DNA of 63,023 bases, counting the filler, from Circinaria calcarea (taxonomy: Eukaryota): the NCBI GenBank assembly GCA_051942165.1. It is 28 parts of 28 records of this genome, joined end to end, with 100 filler letters (N's around TTAATTAATTAA, not from the genome) between each part and the next. Parts side by side here need not be neighbours in the genome. Positions count along the whole stretch, not along the records: positions 49,652 to 51,798 come from JAVECS010003832.1; positions 51,899 to 54,044 come from JAVECS010003833.1; positions 54,145 to 56,289 come from JAVECS010003834.1; positions 56,390 to 58,534 come from JAVECS010003835.1; positions 58,635 to 60,779 come from JAVECS010003836.1; positions 60,880 to 63,023 come from JAVECS010003837.1; 22 more parts are not named here. One strand, 5' to 3'. Position 1 is the first letter of the stretch. The number at the start of each line of letters is the position of its first letter. Under the pieces are notes generated by a model that saw nothing but the letters and a program-made list of their open reading frames with translations, was not told the origin of the DNA and did not search any database. Position numbers and translations under genes: made by a program. This document shows, in pieces, positions 51,660 to 63,023 of this stretch.

Positions 51660-51798
51660 TGTAAGGGCGCTGCAATCCTTGAGGCCTAATGAGGAATATG
51701 TTAAGTCTCGATTGGTAATAGCACGGTTACATAGGGTGTAGTTGAACTGTTGCCCTAGGCTCAATAGTATGGAGTCTATTGAACACGGTCTATAAGCA
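51660..51798 (+). mobile_element. LTR-like repeat end (starts TGTAAGGG), truncated by the contig end
   Basis: Starts with the TG terminus typical of LTRs. Homology with the second copy at 15566 begins at exactly this base and the flanks are unrelated. Confidence 0.7.
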
Positions 51799-51912
51799 NN
51801 NNNNNNNNNNNNNNNNNNNNNNNNNNNNNNNNNNNNNNNNNNTTAATTAATTAANNNNNNNNNNNNNNNNNNNNNNNNNNNNNNNNNNNNNNNNNNNNTA
51901 GCACGTCAATTA

Positions 51913-52069
51913 CCTTGGATGAAGTCCCTTCTCCTTTGAAAGACGCTCCAAGGTCGTTGACGACCACGTTGGCACCTCTTGAACCAAAGAAAGTTGCATA
52001 GGCTTTCCCAAGGCCCCCACCTGCACCCGTCACAACGACTGTCTGACCGTCGAACCGGAGCTCTGACAT
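51913..52069 (-). CDS. FOX2: Peroxisomal multifunctional beta-oxidation enzyme, first exon
   Basis: [41 protein letters not shown]. Confidence 0.92.
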
Positions 52070-53702
52070 GCTGATACTTCAATGATAGACGTGAATGGAT
52101 GCGCAAACAAAATTGAGAGATGGAGTGCAAAGAGAACAGGTCGATGTGGTCCTTTCTCCGAAACTCCTCGACAGCTGCATTTACAATCCCATGACCTCGG
52201 TGATGCCGGGAACCTCGGCTCTTGACAGGATCGTGGTTCACACCCCTGGTACTTGTAAAACATGGGGAAAACTATATCCACGTCATTTTCACATGCTTCT
52301 ACGGAGCTATGTGCATTGGCGCTCCGTTTGGACTCTAACTAAAGTTACCTACTCTATCTTGGAGACAGCAAAAATACCGTAGCTAGGGAAACAACTCGGT
52401 TTGACATGGGCTTCCTTCACGTTCACAGCAGTGGCGATAGCCGGTACTCCCACGGCTCACTCTTTAAGAGCGAGAGAAAGGCCGCTCCGTTTCATCACCG
52501 GCCCAATCCTAAGAGCCAAGGCGGCCCACTGAATAGAAAATAGAAGTGGAGAGTACAAAAAGCGTGGGTCTTTATATGATACGAAAATTGATGGTCGGGT
52601 ACTAAACTAAACTTGTCTATCTGAGGCTGTCCACATTCTGGTAGGTTATTTGCGATTTTCTTGTGAAATTATACGTGTTTCGTATCTTGGCAAAGGCCGC
52701 GATGGCATAATTGGGTGGTCTACTCATATTCCATAGTGCTCTCTTTAAACGATTTTTGGAAATTCGTCTGTGCGACCTAAGTGGCTTTGTACAGCTACGA
52801 ATGCTATAGCTGGAGCCTACCTCAAGCATTACTCTCTCCTCTAGGGCATCTATTCAAGAAGATGGAGGTCCCGGATGATTCTTACCGGTGCCGTTTCTGG
52901 AACCCACGAGACTGGATGTTGTCGCCAAGGTTGCCTCATAAAAACCAGCTTCAATTGCCGTCTTAGGCTTAGTTGTTGTGTTTCCTAGTGCGCGACCTTC
53001 AACGACGGCCTTGGAAATACTATTTAGGCTTTGTTGTAATGTTTCGACAGTATTTGACCTGACCATCGGTCTTGAGGGTTCCAGTATTTGGATAAATGGT
53101 TTATCCAGTTTCCATGGCCAATTGGTCATGTCACGACTTCCATTAAAACCTCTGCTTGGAGATGCAGCGTGCCGCCATGAAATTGAGCAATGAGTTACGA
53201 TGAAGACACTGGCCATCATCACTAGAAAAATAGATATAAAGACCGTAAACTACTAAGCACCAGAAAAACGTTAATACTGAGATGATACTGTTATTAAGGA
53301 TAGCTGACAATTCATTATGATTCTCTGTTCAGGCAACCAGATACAGACTACTCGACGTGTGAAATAAGTAGTACGATTGATAACTTTCCAAACATGAAAG
53401 TCTGTGAAAAGAGATCTGTAACCCAGACCAACATTGTCTACACGCGCACTCCCTTCAAGCTCTGGTTCTGACCTTTAAGTATTTGCTTAAACAGAGATAT
53501 TTAGAATGAACCATTTTTAATACCCTTGTACAAACAAACGGATCGGGTTGAAATTTGCCGATCAAAGTAAAACAAGCGCGCGGATAGAGAGCTCACAACA
53601 ACAAGGTTTTGCTTCTAATCGCTCAATACTTGTATGAGGAGCTTGATTCGATATGGAGAATTGCAGAACGGGATTTAAAAGAGCCAAAATCGTTCTCTCG
53701 TT

Positions 53703-54044
53703 ATGATGGCGCGCCTTAATAGATTTGGACTTATCGCCATTGCGGTGATCTTCCACCTAATTTACATCTTCTCAATATTCGACATATACTTTGTCAGCCC
53801 AATCGTCCATGGCATGCGAGCATTTTCCCTAGAGAAAAGTACCGGAATCAAGGCCGCTCCTGCAAAACGCCTTGTGCTTATTGTGGGTGATGGACTCCGT
53901 GCCGACAAAGCATTCCAGTCGTTCCCGGACCCTTCTCCATCAATACCGAATGCGCCTGAAGCCCTTGAACCTCATCCACTGATGCCATTCTTGCGTTCCC
54001 GCATTGAGAAATACGGTACATTCGGGGTCTCGCATACAAGAGTA
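53703..54044 (+). CDS. MCD4: GPI ethanolamine-phosphate transferase 1, N-terminus
   Basis: IFHLIYIFSIFDIYFVSPIVHGM...APAKRLVLIVGDGLRADK...GTFGVSHTRV. Confidence 0.95.
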
Positions 54045-54209
54045 NNNNNNNNNNNNNNNNNNNNNNNNNNNNNNNNNNNNNNNNNNNNTTAATTAATTAA
54101 NNNNNNNNNNNNNNNNNNNNNNNNNNNNNNNNNNNNNNNNNNNNTATTTGGGATTAGCCAAGCTCTAACATGCAGCTTTTAGGATAAGACCGTTGGCAAA
54201 GGACCGACA

Positions 54210-54673
54210 TACGGCAGCTCCCGCAGACGGCAGCAATCCATTTTATCCCAACCCGATCGCCTACTTTCCTTGTCTCCCCGACGCTAGGGCCCAGCTTGAC
54301 AATCTTCCCAACGCCTTCGTGGCCCCCGACTTGGCCGGGCCTAGTGGGGGAGGGGAGCATTGCCCACTGCCAATTGTATCAGCTTTGGAGGACCTTGGTT
54401 CGCAGGCTTTAGAGGGAAGATGTACGGAATTCATCATGATACCGAAGTCCGAATGGCAGACACCCGAGTGGGTCCTGTTTGGTTCATGAGGCTTAGGTCT
54501 GGAGAAAAGGGGAAGAAGGAAGACCAGACGTACAGATTGATAAGAACCTCACCCGGCCCCGGCTCCGGCATGTCCAGCATCTCGATCTTGGTGGAGACTT
54601 TGCCCGGTTCGTCGTACACGCAGGCTTTGTACTGTTTCGGGAGCTCAGGCACGGAAGGAGAATCGGATGCCAT
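54210..54673 (-). CDS. Zinc-dependent alcohol dehydrogenase (MDR family), N-terminal exons
   Basis: PEPGPGEVLINL|THSGVCHSD...|GGHEGVG...KVGDRVGIKW...CGSC. Confidence 0.9.
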
Positions 54674-56390
54674 TGTGCTTTGCCTTGGGGGCTATGGGAA
54701 TGTAGTCGAGGTGAAGGGAAAGTGTGACAAGATGAGGGAAGGGGAGGGGTACAGTCGGGGTAAGGAGAGATGGAAACCGTCATGGTGATAGAGGTAAGGG
54801 GTATTTGTATAGCGATACCAATGCTGAATTAAGAAGGTAATGAATTGGTAATCCCCAGGATAATGCGGGGAAGGGTCCGCGGCATGCTTTTGGGGCGGCG
54901 TGCGATGGTGGGGTAGATTTGGATTGGTGGGGCTTTTTCGCTAATGAATGCCAAGTCGGCACAGGGGAATAGAGCGCTTTGCTTGTTATACGTAGTAGGA
55001 GTTCGACTGATCTGCTTCTCAGGTTATCCGACTTTGTCATAGGAGAAATGCAACGAGCAGCATTGGAAGTCGAAGAAGTGCCCAGACAGGCTTAGCGGAT
55101 ACCATATTCTAGTGCAGCGTGGCAACATATTCCATGCGCCAGCACACATCTGTCCGGAGGTTAAATTCGCAGTCAACTCCTACCGTCAAGCAGAGGAAAT
55201 CTCGCCGGCTTATTCAAAAACAACCATTAAACAAGCTGACGGAGAAAGTCATGACCCCCAACCCCCCCTTTCAAGGTGCGCACGTAGGAGAATGCAGAGT
55301 CAAGACCATTTATTTTCACCACCAAACACCCATTGCTCTTCTCCGCAATTTGAGGCTAGCGGTTAGGGGTTAGGGGTTGGGGCCTGGCTTACTCGCCCCA
55401 ACCTCTATCAGCCACCGAACAGTAGGTGGTGATTAAGTCTTTTGCTTGATTGACTGGACATCCTCGACATCACCACTCAGCGGGAACGTGTCACATGGGG
55501 AGCCCACTTGAGCTGGCAGATGGCGGCATCTGGAGAACGGGTGCATCTTGTTTGGATCTAATCGGGACTACGGAGTAACCTGGTCTGACTCATCGAGAGA
55601 CCCTTGTACGCAAACGTGTTGGACGGCCTTACATTGATTTGCTCGAGCCAGGTTCGTTCGGATTAAGAGATGGAGCGTAACATGGCCCATGGCGTGGGGG
55701 GCCACAGCACTTTCTTTTTCAGCCGCAACACCCGTGCCTGAAACGGGCTTCAATCCCATGTGGCTCCTTTCTTAGGTAGGTACCTACAGTACTTACTTTT
55801 TAGCCCGTTTTCTCGATTGATGTCTACTTTTGGACCTCATTGTTGCCCAAGTTTTTCCACCCACCACTCAGATAGCAATGGTACGTGCATGCCGCCACAC
55901 ATGCTGCTCCAACAATTTCATCCGGGGGGGGGGGGTCAATCGATATTGGAGTATCCACACCACTGGGATGCAATTAGAACTAGGGAGGATGTAGAGTGGG
56001 ATTAATATTATGGTAGTTGCTCTGGATAAATACAATCAAAGATCCGCTGACGTCTCAAGTTCGGGGTATATACATAGATCATTATCGAAAGGAATAGCGC
56101 CAGCGGAACCCCTGAAACAGTCTCCATCATAGCAGCCGCACCGGAAGGAGATTAATCCGGATTGCCAAAAAGTAGAATTGCCCAGTATAGATCCCTTCAT
56201 CAACGCTTAATCAAGACGGTCCTCGCAACACTAGGTACCCCAGCAGAGTTCAGTGCAAACAGCATCCAATACCCGGGAAGCGCAATACCNNNNNNNNNNN
56301 NNNNNNNNNNNNNNNNNNNNNNNNNNNNNNNNNTTAATTAATTAANNNNNNNNNNNNNNNNNNNNNNNNNNNNNNNNNNNNNNNNNNNNG

Positions 56391-57839
56391 CAAGTTTTAA
56401 CACCAATAGAGCATAATCCAAAGTATCAAGGTGCAGCCGCCAGCATGAGCAATCTTGCTTCAGCGTATTACCACCAGGGAAGATTAAAGGAAGCAGAAGA
56501 ACTCCGGGTGCAGGAGATAGAAATGAGAAAGATAGTGCACGGTCCAGAACACCAATCTTCACTCTCTGCGATGAATCAACTTATAGTAATCTATATGGCA
56601 CAGGGGCGATGGCCAGAAGCTGAACAGCTAGTAATGAAAATTGATTTAAAGGCGATCAGCCGAGAGGATCCACTTACCCTATGCAACATGCACAATCTTG
56701 TAGGTATATATTTCCAGCAGAACCGATACCAGGAGGCAGAAAACATATAGATAGAAGTTTGGGAGACAAGCAAGAGAATCCTCGGTCCAGAAGATCCTTC
56801 GATACTTTAAACCGCACATGCTCTTATATCGACTTACAAAGGACAAGGACGCTGGAAAGCAGCAGAAGAGCTGGGAATACAAGTGGTAGAATTAAAGAAG
56901 AAGGTGCTGGGCACAGAGCATCGAAATACCTTAATCAGCATGGGAGAACTTGCCGAACTTTACTGGCGCCAGGGACGATTAAAAGAGGCAGAAGAATTAT
57001 AAATCCGACTGCTAGAGACTTCTCAAAATGTATTAGGCCTAAAAAATTCTCTCACTCGAACCTGTATGGATAATCTTGCATCAACATACATGCATCAAGG
57101 ACGGCTGGAGGAGGCAGAAAAGTTACAAGAACAAGCTATTAATGGGGAAGAGACAGAATGCTAGTTAATGAACATGGGGAATCTCGCAATGAATTATTGG
57201 CACCAAAAGAATTGGGGAAAGGCAGAGAAGCTACAGTTGCAAGTGATCGAGGAACAATCCAAAAAACTAGGACCCGAGCACGAGAATACATTACGCACCA
57301 TGCAGAACCTTGCGTTAACTTATCAGGGGCAAAAGAAATGGGAAAAAGCAGGAAAGCTACAAAAACGGTTATTGAAAACCATATCGAAAACAAAGCCTCG
57401 AGAACACGAATACATATTGACAATCATGGGTAACCTCGCGACCACTTACTCGAATCAAGCACGGTGGAAGAAAGCTGAACGATTACAGCTCCAGGTGATG
57501 AATACAAGCATAAAGGTCTTAGGCCCAGAGCATCCGAAAATGATATCAATTACGACTAATCTTGCCATGACTTACAGGCGACAGTCGCGGTGGAAAGAGG
57601 CAGAGAAACTACAAAGGGACGTGTTGGAGTCAAGAAAGAGGGTGATGGGCCTCGAGCATCAGTCGACGCTGATATGCATGGTCGGTCTCGCATCGACTTG
57701 GAAACACCAAGGCCGCGACGCAGAGGCCATAGAGTTGAAGCGGGCAGCCTTGAAGGCCATGGAGAAGAAGCTTGGCGTCGATCACTCTGTCACACAATCG
57801 GTTTCTCGATCTTTGAAGGAGTGGTGTGACGGTACTTGA
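56391..57839 (+). pseudogene. Kinesin-light-chain-type TPR array (typical C-terminal sensor of fungal NLRs) with four in-frame stops
   Basis: Repeats of MxNLAxxYxxQGRWxEAExLxxQV...LGxEHxxTL stay in one frame from 56391 to 57839. Stops: TAG 56748, TAA 56808, TAA 57000, TAG 57162. Confidence 0.85.
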
Positions 57840-58634
57840 GCGTTTTACACATCAGGGGTCGCTGAAACGAACCGCAGCGGTGTGACCGGTTTCGAAAGAA
57901 GGGTTAGCAAGCGGTATCATGCGGCAAATTGTTCGTCGCAGAGCGGGAGAGTATAGAATGGGTACATGTGAATTGAAGAGTGATGGAAGGTTCTCTGGCT
58001 TTTACCTAACGAATGCGTGGTAAGCGTTGGTGTATCCCGGTTCACTCGAGATTTGGGAACTTAGTGGCTTTCTTTCCTAGACATTCCAGCTTTGAGCCTT
58101 GCGGAATCGTTCTAAGGAGATTAAGAACAAACCTCTATAAATTTGACAACTCGAAATGAATCGATTGATTACAAGTATACTCTTATGATACTCGTACATG
58201 ATGGCTGTGGTGAACCATTTACTCGGTACCGATTCCTGAAATGAAACTCTCCATTTTTTGGTTGATTGAATACATCTTAGCGAATAGTTGATATTAGTCA
58301 ACCCCGTCGCCTTAAGTAATTGCTTCCAAATATTTAACAGAAACGAGAGTGCAGCCACAGCTTCTCCAGCAACAACGTAGATGTAAGAGTTATAACTGTT
58401 AATATCAACGTAATAACTACATAAATCCAGAATTCTGAGGCTAGTTTGAAATGGATATCAGGCGTACTCCCGCTCCCTTTGGGTAGCATATGTATTAAAT
58501 TGGAGCTGAAAAGTGTCTGGCAAAAACGAAAGATNNNNNNNNNNNNNNNNNNNNNNNNNNNNNNNNNNNNNNNNNNNNTTAATTAATTAANNNNNNNNNN
58601 NNNNNNNNNNNNNNNNNNNNNNNNNNNNNNNNNN

Positions 58635-59347
58635 TTAACGTCGTAACCGACGTTGCGATTCTGTCATTACCTATTCCCTCGGTCTGGCATCTTCAGCTAC
58701 CGCGGGTTACCAGGATTGCCCTCACGATGGTTTTCGGCATCGGCTTCTTGTAGGTGATCTATCAACCACGTACCCAGAATAACTTCACTTAGGCTAGTGG
58801 AACCCCTTTGTTCTTCCCGCCTTCCTAACCGTACTGTAGAGTTTGCATTATTTCCATTCTCCGCATCACCTCTATACTCTCCATCTCCCCCTCGGACATT
58901 ACCTATACCTCCTTCGGCACGGACATTTACTCCATTATTGAGCCTTGCCTCGGTATTACGTCCGCTTGTCTCCTAGTGCTTCGTCCACTTTGGGATCGCT
59001 GTGTACCGGCCCGCTTTCTGAGAACGAAACTTAGCGGCAGTAAATTCAAGGATAATAGCAAGAAGATTGCACGAGCAAATGGCATGCCGGCAGCATTGGG
59101 TCATAAACACTCCATGAGCGATTTCGAGCGCTTGGACGATGGAAATATGTTTGCGCTAGGACCCGTGGAGGAGGAGGAGACATTGTCCGGCAAGACCCTA
59201 CGTAGCGATGAGGAAATCGTTGCAATGCCAAGTCCGACTTACAGGGCTGAGGTTAGGAGCGAAACGCTCACTCGACAACCTGATCTGGAGCACGGGGCGC
59301 TGCCAGAGAGCTGTATCAATGTTAGGACTGAGTGGGAGATACGATAA
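58635..59347 (+). CDS. PTH11-like / fungal rhodopsin-domain integral membrane protein, C-terminal part
   Basis: NVVTDVAILSLPIPSVWHLQL...VFGIGF|VCIISILRI...IIEPCLGITSACLLVLRPL. Confidence 0.88.
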
Positions 59348-59961
59348 GAGTGCTTATGTATGCTGTTCGCAGACAGGAAGGACTTTCCTCTGAATCCGCT
59401 TGAAATAGGCCGGGGGGGTGGGGCCTGGCTTTTCAATAGTACTGCGTTGATGTCTATAAAACGTCGGTGATTTTGGGAAATCCATCTGGCAGCCTAGCAG
59501 GGGACTCCATGTTGGAGATATGCAGTACCTACTTGAGGCCTAAATGCGAGACACGAGCTGGAGTTAAGGATGGAATGACAGGGTATAGGTAAGCACAGGG
59601 TACCTTATGGGGCCACGAAGCGTATCTGGATGAGCCTTGGAGGGGAGAGGCGGAGAGGCGGTAAGGCGGCGGAATGGTTTCAAACGGTGTTTGCCAGCAT
59701 TGTATCATTAGCCACTTGTATTATCACGTAGATGCTATGAGCACCATCTCGAGACACAGCTCGCACCAAAGCGTCAAGGTCCGCCCCCCTGGGTGTCTTA
59801 GCAGTAGTTTTTCCTAGCAATCGCATTGATCCAAGAATAAACCCATCCGACGAGTGCACTGTGCCATCAGCACCCCTCATCGCGTATTAAATGGTGCATC
59901 TCCAGCATCTCGACATTGAATGGCATAAATGCCGCTGAACCCAGAATCCTTCCTACCTACC

Positions 59962-60624
59962 TAGGGATGGCATCGGAGATACGCTAGTAAGTTCGGCTTA
60001 CCATAGTATCGATTTTAAGGTGGGTACTAGTGAAGAGGTGCGGGTACATAATTAAATTCATATTAATTCCCGCTATGGTATGGTATGGTAGTTGAATTAG
60101 TTCCGAAATTTTTTTTCAAAAATATTCGAAATTTTTCCGGAAGTATGCAATCTCATCCTCCACAAACAAGTTTGAAATATACAATTTCATACCCTAAGTT
60201 GCAATTTCACACCCCACCCCAAAATTTCAGGGAGTACCCCGAAGAAACACACCACTATCAGAAGGGTATTAGCCTAAGAACCCGGCCCAAGGTTAATAGG
60301 CTAAGTTCACTATCGCGGTTTTCAGTGGACTGTGTCGCTCTCGTATTTATATCGCAATGCCAGTGTGTCGTAACGCCAGTGTATCGTAATGCCACTATCG
60401 CAATGCTATTATCGTAATGCTATTATCGTAATGCTATTATCGTAATGCTATTATCGTAATGCTACTGGCGACAGTGACCTCTGTAATAGTGGGTCTTGAC
60501 GGCAGTGACAGCAACCCTCCGTAGTAATCTTCTTAATAGCCGCCTTGCACTAACAGAAGGTTAATCACTAAAATTTGGGGGTGGGGTATGAAATTGCATA
60601 TTTCCGAAATTTTTCCCATCCCTA
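59962..60624. mobile_element. Possible non-autonomous hAT-like element (TIR TAGGGATGG...CCATCCCTA) with internal repeats
   Basis: 9-bp perfect terminal IR similar to the Ac/Ds TAGGGATG end; internal IR at 60200-60227 / 60571-60598; 14-bp tandem array. The TSD matches only 5/8 (TACCTACC vs TACATGGC). Confidence 0.4.
60382..60464 (+). repeat. 14-bp minisatellite (TATCGTAATGCTAT), about 6 copies
   Basis: Directly visible tandem units. Confidence 0.9.
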
Positions 60625-60879
60625 TACATGGCCAATCCCCCGGGGGGCTTGACGCGTGGGAATTTGGATTCCCTCGTGCTACGTACGGAGTATGGAGTAT
60701 TGCAAAGTGGCAGAGGTGGTGGGGCCAAGGCGCGAAATTAGAATGGGCTGGGTTTTCGTATGACGCAAGCATATGGAATNNNNNNNNNNNNNNNNNNNNN
60801 NNNNNNNNNNNNNNNNNNNNNNNTTAATTAATTAANNNNNNNNNNNNNNNNNNNNNNNNNNNNNNNNNNNNNNNNNNNN

Positions 60880-62112
60880 AGACGGACGTTGGACCATCTT
60901 CTGGCGGAGAACAAGATGGCTGCTACTCGGGATTCCTGCCCCCGAACTCTTGATGACCTTCGCCTTTGCGCAGTGGAGTTCTGCCAAACGATCTCGAGCT
61001 GAGATGCGCAGTCTTGGCAGTACTGACAGCAAGTGGACCATGGTACACGCTTTCTATGCGGACATGGGAGGATTTGTGCTTTGCACTCCTGATGCGTGAG
61101 TCCTCACAGCCGGTTCCTGTCTCAGTCAACAGCTTAGCTTATCATGTCTCGCGAGCAATAGTGGAAGTTTCCCGATCACAGCAAGGCAGCTCAAGTATCT
61201 GATTCGAAGAGGCTATTTGAGCCTGCCGGATATCTCCAAAGAGGAGATATGGGACAAAAGTAAAGCTGATAAGGTGGCTAAAATACTGGCAATCTTACAA
61301 ACGTCCTGGTTGGGGACCCAAACCTTGGCCCGTGCTATCCAAGGTCTTCCCATCACTCCCTTGGAGCTTTTTACCCTAGCGGTCGCCTTGAACTCGCTTA
61401 CTACACTGTGGTTATGGCTTAATAAACCACTCGATGTCGGCTCGCCTACCGTACTGACCATTCAGACTAACGTCGCGACCATTCTTGTCCAAGCCGGCCA
61501 TACCGCCAAGGATCCATTTCGTGATACTCCGCTGGACTTTATTGAACCCGGGATCTATCAATCAAGAAGCTGGAATGAAACATTATTGCGCTGGATTGTC
61601 CATCAGGGTATTCAATCCCGTCCGATACATCGTACGCATCCTCCTTTTCTCTATTATCAATCCTATAAATTAGCAGGTCTGGTCTAAATGTCATTACAGG
61701 TATACCGAATGATCGTGACTGGCTACCGTTAAATCTGAGCCAAAATCTCGCTCTCGCGCTGCCAGTCTCTATTTTTGCCTCGATCCACTTCTGCGGATGG
61801 AACTTCAGCTTCCCAACACATGGCGAGCTCATCTTATGGCGTGCCGCCGTCTTCATCATGTGGTCTCTCCTGCTCGTATATGGAACCTCAGAGGTCGTCC
61901 TCTTCTGGAAATCCAAATACACAAAGACGAGCTTGGAGATCGGCGGCGCGTACAAGCGAAATTGGCCATGGTCTCTACTCTTTCACGTTCCTGCGGCGAT
62001 TTACTTTTGCCTAAGGGTGTTGCTCATGATCGAGGTCGTCATTAGTCTTCGCTCGTTGCCCGAGAAGGCGTTTGTCAATGTTCAGTGGAGTGGCTTTATC
62101 CCTCATTTTTAG
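60880..62112 (+). CDS. Conserved fungal multi-pass membrane hypothetical protein, 5'-truncated, multi-exon
   Basis: WTMVHAFYADMGGFVL, LPDISKEEIWDKSKADKVAKILAILQTSW...ARAIQGLPITPLEL...WLNKPLDV, IHFCGWNFSFPT, SLRSLP...VQWSGFIPHF*. Confidence 0.8.
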
Positions 62113-63023
62113 CTCCAACGTTCTCCCCCCGAACTGTTGTTCTAGCAGATGTACACCAAGCCGCTGGTCCACGCTGAATCTACTTGATTAACTCAATACT
62201 TTGTAGCCCAGGAACGCACGGTTCGTTCTGCCAGACCCAACGTTCTTATCAAGAATAGGGGGTTCTACACTAACGTGGGAACGAACGTACGGGGGGCGTT
62301 AACTAACCACTGTGACGCACACAATGGCAGAGTTTTCTGCTCTGCAGTTCCATAGCCAAAGTCAATACACATAGACTAGTAGTTTACTGTTGAGCATGCA
62401 GTAATGTGTGGTGGCATTCATGCTATCTGAGTGTGTAACTATCTAAGCTATCTACGTAGAGAAAAGTACTTTTCTAATGTGTGTAGGAAGTCTTGAGCGT
62501 GGACCTCCTATGCAACACATGCTTCGGTAAGCCCTATGACTTCCAACATTTACCACCACCATAGCCCAATAACAGCCCTTATCCCACCTCCCATTATTTT
62601 CACAAGTTTTAAAATACCATTATCATTAAAGGTGTGGCAGCGAGGGGCTTCAGCAATGCATTCAGACGGTATTCAATGTGTACGCAATCGTCGATATATT
62701 GTGTACCCTCAATGCAAGAATGTATGGTTCGCAAAGTGCGAAGCCAAGGGAAAACCTCTGCAGCCCACGCTAGTACTAATACGGGCAATACAGAACTTCT
62801 GCATCGCATACGGTATGCTTGGCTCTCTGTTTAGCAGTTATAACATACAAACATGCTTTGACATAGATAGATATAGCCATCTATCTCCTCTTCCTCTTCC
62901 TCTCCCCACGTATCGAGAAAAATTTGCTTACGTTTTCGTTTTTCCCTTTTATCCCTTTTTTCCTTTTTCCCCAATTTTGTATTGCATTATCTATTGCATC
63001 TATGTCCTAGCATACATATCCAC

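Noticed and set aside
52617..53300. ORFs between FOX2 and MCD4
   Set aside because: Short, no motif, and not supported by exon structure that I could verify.
56748..57164. Stop-codon recoding (alternative genetic code or A-to-I editing rescue) in the TPR gene
   Set aside because: Other genes here end normally at TAA/TAG. A-to-I editing would give Trp, whereas sister repeats indicate Gln, so C>T mutation is the simpler explanation.
2169..60879. Regularly spaced TTAATTAATTAA palindromes flanked by N runs, resembling an array with about 2.2-kb periodicity
   Set aside because: Artificial six-frame-stop linker used to concatenate length-sorted contigs; not biological.
1..63023. Apparent gene neighbourhoods across the window (for example HET + TPR, or GH76 + MCD4 + SWP1 as a cluster)
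   Set aside because: The genes lie on separate contigs ordered only by length, so co-occurrence carries no linkage information.

Overview
This window is not one genomic locus. It is 28 short contigs (2168 down to 2144 bp, sorted by decreasing length) joined by an artificial 100-bp spacer (44 N + TTAATTAATTAA + 44 N), so nothing can be inferred from adjacency across spacers. The DNA is from a filamentous ascomycete (Pezizomycotina), judged from short GT-AG introns with CTRAY-type branch points and recognisable genes. Mostly partial housekeeping genes are present: SAL1-type Ca-binding mitochondrial carrier, formamidase, nrc-2/FPK1 kinase, SulP transporter, GH76, fasciclin, YIF1, WHI2, a Zn2Cys6 and a bZIP factor, SWP1, POP1, QCR9, PYM1, RPS30, PAF-AH, FOX2, MCD4, ADH and a PTH11-like protein. 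Two intron-split genes (QCR9 and an NTF2-like gene) are absent from the ORF track and were read by hand. The most interesting signals concern genome defence and repeats: (i) an LTR-like repeat truncating a HET gene, with a RIP-mutated sister copy on another contig; (ii) an NLR-type TPR array broken by in-frame stops, several plausibly Gln-to-stop; (iii) two diverged copies of one U1-zinc-finger locus that end at the same base, with a promoter indel and RIP-like leakage; (iv) a compound GCATA-based satellite with the same architecture on two contigs; (v) a MITE-like and a hAT-like element. I see no CRISPR array, RNA gene or convincing new multi-gene system. Product calls come from motif recognition, not database searches.
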